Positions 1-6,453 of a stretch of 7,754 nucleotides of DNA are shown one piece after another. The position numbers and the translations under genes were made by a program. Location: NCBI RefSeq assembly GCF_006345805.1, contig NW_021828759.1, positions 1 through 7,754 of the forward strand, written 5' to 3'. The stretch's first letter is position 1, and each line of letters begins with the position of its first letter. Origin of the DNA: Octopus sinensis. Lineage: Eukaryota. Under the pieces are notes generated by a model. It ran no database searches, was not told where the DNA came from, and saw nothing but the letters and a program-made list of their open reading frames with translations.

Positions 1-415
1 CGATGGGCTTCTTTCAGTTTCCGTCTGCCAAATTCTCTAACAGAGTTTTCGTCGAGTACGGGGTTATGGTAGGCGGCGAGCTGGCAGAAACGTTAGCACG
101 CCGGGCGAAATGCGTAGCTGTATTTCGTCTGCCGTTCACATTCTGAGTTCAAATTCCGCCGAGGTCGACTTTGCTTTTCATCCTTTCGGGGTCGATAAGT
201 TAAGTACCAGTTACGCACTAGGGTCGATATGTTATCGACTTAATCCGTTTGTCTGTCTGTCCTTGTTTGTCCTCTCTGTGTTTAGTTCCCCCTTGTGGGT
301 AGTAAAAGAAATAGGTAGAAGACACATACCCAAGGTGCCCCGCAATGGGACTGAACTCAGAACCATGTGGCTTGAAAACAAGTTTCTTATCACATCACAC
401 AGCCACGCCTGCGCT
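1..415 (-). mobile_element. tRNA-headed SINE, family A (CORE-like centre), split by a nested SINE; host pieces 1-70 and ~317-415; 3' end runs off the window
   Basis: Minus-strand B-box-like GAGTTCAGTCCC (plus 347-358) and decayed A-box region (~395-410), then GCACCTTGGGTATGTGTCTTCTA, similar to the CORE-SINE motif GACCTTGGGCAAGT. Joining 1-70 to 317-415 gives a sequence colinear with the plus-strand copy at ~995-1149. Family identity is from recall. Confidence 0.8.
71..313 (+). mobile_element. tRNA-headed SINE, family B, full length, inserted into the family A SINE
   Basis: A-box-like TGGCAGAAACGTTAG (82-96), B-box GAGTTCAAATTCC (145-157), body GAGGTCGACTTTGC.TTTCATCCTTTCGGGGTCGAT also present at 3581-3798 and 3838-3989. 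GGTAG at 68-72 and 314-318 is a candidate TSD. Confidence 0.88.
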
Positions 416-489
416 GAATCTCAGAAAACGAAATTTCGAATCAGGTTCTGCACTCAAAAAGAAAAACCAGAACCAGAATGAATTTGCTG

Positions 490-970
490 ACGGTTATTAA
501 GTGACTTTTACAAAATATTAGATGATTGCGAATTCAATGAATTCAATGTCGTGTTCGTGATTCTGATAAATATGATGACTGCTTCATCTTTATCTGCATA
601 CTTGCGTGAAACCCCATTTTCATTTAGTGAACAAAGAATTATGAAAATACTTAGTAACATGCAAACAGCTTATTGGCTGGAAAACAAATTCATTATTGAA
701 AATGAATTTGTTGGGCTTTTCTCAAAATCCGAATGCTGTCAGTACCCTGTAAACATATTTCAAAATTAATGAAATTCGCCCAGAGTTACATCTGTCATTT
801 TCGGAATGATGAAGAAATGTGAACAAACATTTTTATTCACGAAACTGATAAAAATACAGAGCGACATCGCAACTGACTGATTAAAATTTGAAGAATTTTC
901 TGCTGCTCTCAGCAACCAATTTCAATTCCAAACATTAACTGCTTGTTGAAACGAGACTCAAACATCTTAT
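490..970 (+). pseudogene. Decayed hAT-superfamily transposase, C-terminal part (Buster/Charlie, GTF2IRD2/EPM2AIP1-like)
   Basis: Manual translation across frameshifts and stops gives PFSFSEQRIMKILSNMQ ... KLMKFAQSYICHF (KF from 772) ... CEQTF (818-832) ... KLIK ... QLTD*NLKNFLLLSATN (873 onward) ... TQTS. The order and spacing fit the hAT C-terminal dimerisation motif (F-G-S/T-T-Y-x-C-E-Q-x-F-S-x-M-K-x-I-K ... R-L-T-D ... Q-x-S-H). Confidence 0.65.
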
Positions 971-994
971 AATAATTAGAAATATTTGCAAGAA

Positions 995-1158
995 GGGCCG
1001 TGTAGTTAACACACTCGCGTTGCAATCACATGGTTTCGAGTTCAGTCCCATTGCGTGGTACCTCGAGAAAGCACTTTCTGCTATAACCCAGTGCCAGTCA
1101 ATTCCCCGTGAGTGAATATGGTAGATGGAAACTGTGTGAAAGCCCGTCATATATATAT
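995..1158 (+). mobile_element. tRNA-headed SINE, family A, diverged 5' half ending in (TA)n
   Basis: B-box-like GAGTTCAGTCCC (1038-1049), then ATTGCGTGGTACCT...GTGAGTGAATATGGTAGATGGAAACTG...AAGCCCGTC, colinear with the reverse complement of 1-70 plus 317-415. Confidence 0.75.
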
Positions 1159-1160
1159 TT

Positions 1161-1340
1161 TCACTCACTCCGTATTTTTTCACTCTCTCTTCGTATTTTT
1201 CTCTCTTAATCCTTTCTGTCGAAGAGCGTAGGCTCGAAACGTCAAAGACTTTTCCATTCTTACTGAGTATTAAACTAATACATTTGGCTGCTGTTCCTTC
1301 ACCTGTCTTCGTCTTTTGTTCTCTCTTTCTCTCTCTCTTT
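1161..1340 (+). mobile_element. Probable Penelope-like terminal-repeat fragment containing a variant hammerhead
   Basis: Pyrimidine-rich flanks around the motif at 1212-1247. Downstream CTGAGTATTAAACTAATAC resembles CTGAGCATCCAATAATAC downstream of the motif at 6594-6626. Confidence 0.5.
1212..1247 (+). ncRNA. Minimal type I hammerhead-like motif with non-canonical core
   Basis: Stem I CUUU(1212-15)/AAAG(1244-47); core CUGUCGA-A (canonical CUGAnGA); stem II GAGC-GUAG-GCUC; GAAA (1236-39); palindromic ACGU stem III; GUC cleavage triplet ending at 1243. Confidence 0.55.
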
Positions 1341-1436
1341 ATATATATATAAATTAATAATAAATATTAGGGAATAAATCCAAACTTACAGGAAAAAATC
1401 AGATTTAGGATTGAATCCAATTTTATAGTAAAATAT

Positions 1437-1720
1437 TATATTATATTAAATTAGAGACAAAACCACTATTATGCAAATCAAACAAAGAAAGACTTAATCC
1501 AATACATAAATTAATTTATATTATTTAGAAATTTAACAATTATTAATATCCACTACGATCGTTTCATGTCTTCTTTTCATCACATCTTTGAGTAGTAGAC
1601 ATTCTTCAGGTGGTTTCAAATATTCTTGGTGAGTTTAAACTATGAATTTATGTATTGGATTAAGTCTTTCTTTGTTTGATTTGCATAATAGTGGTTTTGT
1701 CTCTAATTTAATATAATATA
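1437..1720. repeat. Perfect 76-bp inverted repeat (arms 1437-1512 and 1645-1720, 132-bp spacer)
   Basis: Base-by-base check: TATATTATATTAAATTAGAGACAAAACC...CCAATACATAAATT is the exact reverse complement of AATTTATGTATTGG...GGTTTTGTCTCTAATTTAATATAATATA. Confidence 0.97.
1550..1613 (-). ncRNA. Type I hammerhead ribozyme with canonical core
   Basis: Minus strand reads CCAC-CUGAAGA-AUGUC-(27-nt loop)-GACAU-GAAA-CGAUCG-UA^GUGG. Stem I CCAC/GUGG, core CUGAnGA, 5-bp stem II, GAAA, palindromic stem III ACGAUCGU, GUA triplet. Predicted cut between plus positions 1554 and 1553. Confidence 0.88.
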
Positions 1721-1991
1721 TATATTATAATATATATATATAATTTAAAATTAATAATAGAAGGGTAAAATTTATTAATTAATTTATTTATTAATTAAAG
1801 CCTTAACAATGGAGATCTATGATAAAAAAAGGCGTTCCAGCTACGACCATCCTGTTTGTTGCCGTTGCTTACTGTTGAGGCTTAGACAAACCTCAATCAC
1901 TTTTTATCTTCTTTTTATATCAGGTTCCCCAATATCAAATGCGATCGTCTTTAGCTTTGACGTTACACATTGTTGTTATTTGCCTCCAGCT

Positions 1992-2189
1992 CAGCGGTAC
2001 CCAACCGCGGCTTTCAGAGCCGCATGCGGCCCTCGAGCATTCTTCCGGCGGCCCCTGATGGTTTTCCCTCTTTAAATATAATAAAGTTTTCTTTAACTGA
2101 TTTTTGTTTTGCTTTTTTGTAGTACGACCCCCTAAAAAAATCCCTGGTTTGGGATCTGTTCTGGATATTGAAAACGTTGAGAACCACAA
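1992..2189. mobile_element. hAT-type MITE or deletion derivative (198 bp)
   Basis: Left end CAGCGGTACCCAAC; the right end GTTGAGAACCACAA matches its reverse complement at 9/14. Subterminal GCCGCATGCGGCCC is typical of Charlie/Buster ends. Flanking 8-mers CTCCAGCT (1984-91) and CTCCAGAG (2190-97) match at 6/8 and resemble the nTCTAGAn target preference. Confidence 0.72.
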
Positions 2190-2195
2190 CTCCAG

Positions 2196-2625
2196 AGGCG
2201 TTCCAATCTTAACCATCAAGTCGAATTCCAAAGTTATAATTTTTCTGATGTTGTAACCGTCTTTATTTAACAATTTTGATGTCAATTCATCTAAGACTGC
2301 CTCTAGTTCTTTGATAAAACTCTTTCTGGTATAAAGTGGTTTAAATAAAAACTTACTATGAAAACTTCAAGTTAGTTTATCTTCCAAACACCAGTGTCAT
2401 AATGACAACGTTATTCTACCAAATTCTTCATTAGTTTCAAAATTAATTGAAACAATCAGAGTATTTCGACAGGAATATGGTAACTAAAAGCCTAAGACAC
2501 TAGGGTAACATTCTAAGAGGATTGAGAAAAGCTAGCTAAGACAAAAAAGACGTTCCAATCGTAAACATCACGCTGCATTTGAGAGATTGAATTTCTTGAT
2601 TTTGTATCTGTCTTTATTTAAGAAT
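2196..2625. repeat. Two diverged copies of an ~80-bp unit (2196-2274 and 2548-2625), with a weaker partial copy at 1830-1854
   Basis: A hand alignment gives about 60/79 identities (AG.CGTTCCAATC.TAA.CATCA.G ... TGAT.TTGTA.C.GTCTTTATTTAA.AAT). Confidence 0.75.
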
Positions 2626-3112
2626 CTACGGTAACATTTTAAGGTGATTAAGAAATGCCATTTTAACCAGGTTAAATAACTGCGAAATGTCTTTCTCTCG
2701 TTGACTCCATTTTCTATAATTTTAATCGTTGGCTTCATAGTTTTTATTTTATCAAAGAATTTGTGTATTTTAAGGCGCTGAATCATAAAGAATCTTTGCA
2801 AAAAAGGTTACCGGTGTCGAGCTGTGCAAATTTCTGCCATTGTCATTGCTAAGGAAATTGGTTGAAGATTGAATAGGAATTAACTTAGGAACATGGCGGC
2901 TGTAAACGATTGCATATGTGGATCACTTAAAAATAGGGTCTCGCAAAAGAGTGTGGAAGTGGAGATGAAAGCATTTTGTAGCAATTTGAGTAAGCGCCTT
3001 CCATGATAACCTTGTGACTTATGAGTGAAATTTGGGAGTCGGAGACAGTGTATAAGCCTGCTGTGAAGTTTAATTATATATACACACACACACAAACACC
3101 CACTCACACACT

Positions 3113-3115
<3 letters not shown>

Positions 3116-3197
<82 letters not shown>
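3116..3197. repeat. (AT)n microsatellite, 41 units
   Basis: Directly visible. Preceded by a CA-rich tract and adjacent to the 3' end of the minus-strand SINE at 3217. Confidence 0.97.
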
Positions 3198-3203
<6 letters not shown>

Positions 3204-3216
3204 GTATATATTAAAG

Positions 3217-3535
3217 ACTCCGCCGGTTACGACGACGAGGGTCCCAACTGATACGATCAACGGAACAGCTTGCTCGTGAAATTAACGTGCAAATGCTGAG
3301 CATTCCACAGACACGTGTACCCTTAACGTAGTTCTCGGAGATAATCAGCGTGACACAGAGAGTGACAAGGCTGACCCTTTGAAATACAAGTACAACTCAT
3401 TTTTGCCAGCTGAGTGGACTGGAGCAACGTGAAATAAAGTGTCTTGCTCAAGGACACAACGCGTCGCCGGGAATCGAACTCACAACCTTACGATCATGAG
3501 CCGAATGCCCTAACCACTAAGCCACGCGCCCTCAC
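3217..3535 (-). mobile_element. tRNA-headed SINE, family C, apparently full length
   Basis: Minus-strand A-box TGGCTTAGTGG (plus 3514-3524) and B-box GAGTTCGATTCC (plus 3470-3481), then TGTGTCCTTGAGCAAGACACTT (conserved SINE central-domain type) and an ~250-bp body ending ...CCCTCGTCGTCGTAACCGGCGGAGT before the AT tract. Confidence 0.85.
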
Positions 3536-3580
3536 TTATGTATATATAGACACAAATATGCATATAGATATACATACACA

Positions 3581-3798
3581 TTTTTATTAGTTTCAAATTT
3601 TGGCACAAGGTCAGCAATTCTTTTCGGTGGGGGAAGTCGATTATATCGACCCCAGTGCGTAACTGGTACTTATTTAATCAACCCCGAAAGGATGAAAGGC
3701 CAAGTCGACCTCGGCGGAATTTGAACTCAGAACGTAGCGCAGACGAAATACTGCTAAGCATTTCGCCCGGCGTGCTAACGTTTCTGCCAGCTCGACCC
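3581..3798 (-). mobile_element. tRNA-headed SINE, family B, second copy with a different 3' tail
   Basis: The reverse complement closely matches 75-240 (A-box region, B-box at plus 3716-3728, GTCGAC/TCATCCTTTCGGGG body). Tail ...CCTTGTGCCAAAATTTGAAACTAATAAAAA differs from 241-313. Confidence 0.88.
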
Positions 3799-3802
3799 TT
3801 GA

Positions 3803-3837
<35 letters not shown>
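3803..3837. repeat. (TAG)11 microsatellite, probably the simple-repeat tail of the SINE at 3838-3989
   Basis: Directly visible and abutting the 3' end of the minus-strand SINE. Confidence 0.9.
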
Positions 3838-3989
3838 ATCCTCTGTAATATAGCCACAAGGACTGAAGTTTGGGGAGAGGGTTGAGTCGCATTATATCGA
3901 CCCCCCTAGTGTTTCACTGGTACTTAATTTATCGACCCCGAAAGGATGAAAGGCAAAATTGACCTAGGTGGAATTTGAACTCAGAACGT
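3838..3989 (-). mobile_element. tRNA-headed SINE, family B, third copy, 5'-truncated, with a third tail type
   Basis: Contains ATCGACCCCGAAAGGATGAAAGGC and GGAATTTGAACTCAGAACGT; the A-box half is missing. Minus-strand tail ...CCTTGTGGCTATATTACAGAGGAT followed by (TAC)n. Confidence 0.82.
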
Positions 3990-4007
3990 CAAAGTATAAA
4001 AGATGGG

Positions 4008-4310
4008 CTACAGCAAATATTCTGAGTCCTCGAGGCGGTCATTAAGCTCTGCAGTAATTTTGGGAGTTGTACTTTTGTGATCCTTTCTAACAATTCGCTT
4101 AAGAGTCCGCCGGTCTCTATCTGAAAGTTTTGGTTTTCTTCCGGAGTTTTGTTTCGACGAGGGAGTTTTCCCCTCTTTCTCAAAGCCTGTCGTTACTTTC
4201 GAGACAGTACTTCTTGATACACCAAACATTTCGGCGGTTTTCGTTACGCTAGCACCTGCCATACGAGCACCAACAATTTGACCTCTTTGAAAGTCCGATA
4301 GATCTGTCAT
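4008..4310 (-). pseudogene. Truncated Tc1 transposase (N-terminal HTH DNA-binding region, no DDE domain)
   Basis: MTDLSDFQRGQIVGARMAGASVTKTAEMFGVSRSTVSKV...SGRKPKLSDRDRRTLKRIVRKDHKSTTPKITAELN is a typical Tc1 paired-like HTH, GRKPK linker and second HTH. The final ~SEYLL* comes from flanking DNA. Confidence 0.9.
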
Positions 4311-4501
4311 TTTAATGAATTTTAATTACCTTTTTCTGATGATATCTGAAAGAAAAACAGCTATTTTAGCAAAACATATTAAGCAACACTAATAATAAAT
4401 AAAAAAAACATAAAAATAAACAAGCTTTTGACGGTTTTATTGATATTTCAAAATTATGATGCTATGATGTTAGATGTTTCCATTATTTTGTCCAACACCT
4501 G
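4025..4501 (-). mobile_element. Tc1/mariner DNA transposon, left end only
   Basis: Minus strand TA|CAGGTGTTGGACAAAATAATGGAAACA is a Tc1-type TIR with the TA target at 4502-4503, followed by an AT-rich 5' UTR and the transposase N-terminus. Breaks at ~4025 against unrelated sequence. No right TIR in the window. Confidence 0.9.
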
Positions 4502-4608
4502 TATGTATCTACATTCATACGTACATAGATGTATATACACATACATGTACATATCCGTATTTATGTATGAATACATACATACATACACGCACATACATGC
4601 ATACATAC

Positions 4609-4645
<37 letters not shown>

Positions 4646-4661
4646 CCCCCTCACACACATG
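4502..4661. repeat. Compound TA/TACA/(AC)n low-complexity tract, with (AC)14 at 4613-4640
   Basis: Directly visible. Confidence 0.9.
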
Positions 4662-4663
4662 TA

Positions 4664-4848
4664 TAGGAAAAATAGAAGTTAAAAATGCACTGAGAACATT
4701 TAAAATATTTTATTAATATATTCGAAGCTTTAACCGGTTTCACAGTTTATACGGATTTTCAAACTGTAAATCCAGTTAAAGCATTTAATATATTAATAAA
4801 AAAATATTTGAACTATTCTCAGTGCATATTCAACTTCTATTTTTCCTA
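4664..4848. mobile_element. Fold-back (palindromic) MITE flanked by TA
   Basis: Arms 4664-4748 and 4761-4848 are imperfect reverse complements (outer TAGGAAAAATAGAAGTT/AACTTCTATTTTTCCTA perfect; ATGCACTGAGAA and TTTTATTAATATATT also paired), with a 12-nt loop at 4749-4760. TA at 4664-65 and 4847-48. Confidence 0.85.
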
Positions 4849-4996
4849 CATTTATACCCGTGTGGAATAAAATAGCTTTGTTTTATCCCCTGGATATCCT
4901 TGTTGCTTATTTTGATTTTAATCACCTTACTTTGAAATTGTATGGATAATACCGAACTAAATTCTGGTGCCTCAACTTAAGTACCATATTCATCTG

Positions 4997-5020
4997 TATC
5001 TATCTATCTATCTATCTATC
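4997..5020. repeat. (TATC)6 immediately 5' of the LINE
   Basis: Directly visible. Confidence 0.95.
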
Positions 5021-5888
5021 TGGTTGATGATGCACAGACACGCGCTGAGACTGCGACATCTCCGGCTCTATGTAGACGACGGTGAACAGGTGTGGTCGCC
5101 GTTTGTGAGGCACGCATTCCCGCAACTCGTCTCCATGACCGAACTACAGTCGTGGATCAAAAAGAGGCCGAAGAAGGGCGAATGGCACCGCGAGTGCGCG
5201 TTGCTCTCAAGCAACTCTGCCGTCCCGGGTCGACCTTGAGTGACTTCAACACAACCAAAGCATTCTATAGGGGATTAGTGGAGGGGGGGTACGACGACGA
5301 GCTCGGGGCAAACTTGGGCGTCGACGAGGAATACCTGACCCGCCTGTTTCAAACGACTTTCGGCCCGGGACCTATGGACAACTTCCAGAGATCCCTGGCT
5401 GGCGGTGCTACCGAGAAGCGCTACCCGTCGGGATAAGCTCTATAGGCATGGCTCGAGAAACACGGGGCCGACCTGCCCGAGATGCGGGCAGAGCGACGAA
5501 ACCGCTCTGCACGCATCGTGCAGTGTCCAGCAATTTCCCACCTGTGGGCTTATGTCGAACGACTGCTGTCACGTGTGGGACGTGTCGGTTTATCAGCCGA
5601 GTCTATCGTTAATATCGTCACGCCTCCTTCCTTCAAACGGGAAGGAAGAGCTATTTTTATCATACTTGTGGCTATGGCGAAAGAAGGTATTGGTGGACGC
5701 GTCTGAAAGGATTAGAGACAACACTTTCCTCTCTGGTCAATCTCTCATCAACTTCTTCAAGTATCACTTGAAGAAAAATGAGAGTAGAGAGGCAAGTTTT
5801 GTCTAGTGAATGTTTTAAAAAAAGATGGGTGAATGTAGCAAGGATGGCACGTATGAATGACGAAGCCACCTTGACTATGATTCTATGA
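5021..5888 (+). pseudogene. Frameshifted C-terminal part of LINE ORF2 with the Cys/His zinc-binding region (zf-RVT-like)
   Basis: Stitching frames gives ...MDNFQRSLA-WRCYREALPV-RDKLYRHGSRNTGPTCPRCGQSDETALHA-IVQCPAISHLWAYVERLL...WWTRLKG...FFKYHLK-MRVERQVLSSECFKKRWVNVARM...MIL*. CPRC...ET..H...QC and the late F..RW motif are characteristic of L1/Tx1 ORF2. About seven frameshifts and no premature stops. Confidence 0.85.
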
Positions 5889-6184
5889 ACCGTAAAAATT
5901 AATACAGAGAGTGCTTATTGCAAAAAAAAAAAAAAGAAAATATAAACATGTGACTTCATTGACCGAGGTTACCGTGGTCCTTTCCGTAGGCTTTTCTTTC
6001 CACGGGTAAACCTCACCTGTCCTCCCCTTTACACTTCATATTGACATTTCTGTGATAACGATCCTATTGATCAATTTTTTTTTCCTCTCTCCCCCTTTTT
6101 TTTAAACCCCCTTTTTTTTGTCCTCTTTCTCTCTTTTACGATCCTTTTGATCGACCCCCCTTTTTTTATTTTATTTATTTGCTA

Positions 6185-6215
<31 letters not shown>

Positions 6216-6299
6216 TTTTTTTTTAAACCTTCAAAAGAAAAGCTCTACCTTGTAATTTGTTCTATCTGTGTGCAGCCCTGTGTGGCTAATAAAGAAACA
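5021..6299 (+). mobile_element. 5'-truncated Tx1/L1-clade non-LTR retrotransposon (end of ORF2 plus 3' UTR)
   Basis: GC-rich coding segment 5021-5888, then a pyrimidine-rich 3' UTR with stem-loops, AATAAA at 6288-6293, and a direct junction to (TATC)n. Confidence 0.8.
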
Positions 6300-6363
<64 letters not shown>

Positions 6364-6387
6364 CATCCATCTATCTATCTATATCTA

Positions 6388-6444
<57 letters not shown>

Positions 6445-6453
6445 CTTATCTAC

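Larger units (their letters stand above)
1351..1800 (-). mobile_element. Penelope-like element terminus (pseudo-LTR with inverted duplication), non-coding
   Basis: Very AT-rich segment next to (TA)n, containing a perfect inverted repeat and an intact hammerhead. Hammerheads in pLTRs and inverted pLTR ends are established Penelope-like features. No RT or GIY-YIG ORF is visible. Boundaries are approximate. Confidence 0.55.

Noticed and set aside
71-160. tRNA genes at the A-box/B-box motifs (also 3470-3535 and 3716-3798)
   Set aside because: No complete cloverleaf or terminator, and each continues into a SINE body, so they are SINE heads.
110-481. 123-aa ORF, and similarly 935..1183, 3655..3885 and 3674..3892
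   Set aside because: They lie within SINE copies or (TAG)n. The shared peptide LSSNSAEVD.AFHPFGVD simply reflects the repeated SINE body.
2395-2453. Short palindromes TGTCAT-A-ATGACA and GTTTCAA-AATTAA-TTGAAAC
   Set aside because: Stems of 6-7 bp in AT-rich DNA are expected by chance.
1809-2801. ORFs 1809..2075, 1935..2285 and 2568..2801 as a possible Penelope RT/GIY-YIG upstream of the hammerhead
   Set aside because: No RT or GIY-YIG motifs are visible, and two of the ORFs run through the hAT MITE.
2893-3006. Possible first coding exon (AACATGG context, MAAVNDCICG..., GTAAGC donor at 2990)
   Set aside because: Only 37 codons, no recognisable homology and no supported downstream exon. Such signals occur by chance. 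Spliced RNA-seq reads would be needed.
2880-3260. ORFs 2880..3260 (-) and 3021..3251 (+)
   Set aside because: IYIYIY/YIYIYI runs are translations of the (AT)n microsatellite, which has no stop codons.
3085-4660. Similar CACACAAACACCC.CTCACACA motifs at ~3088-3110 and ~4636-4658
   Set aside because: Both are in decayed (CA)n tracts and the similarity does not extend into the flanks.
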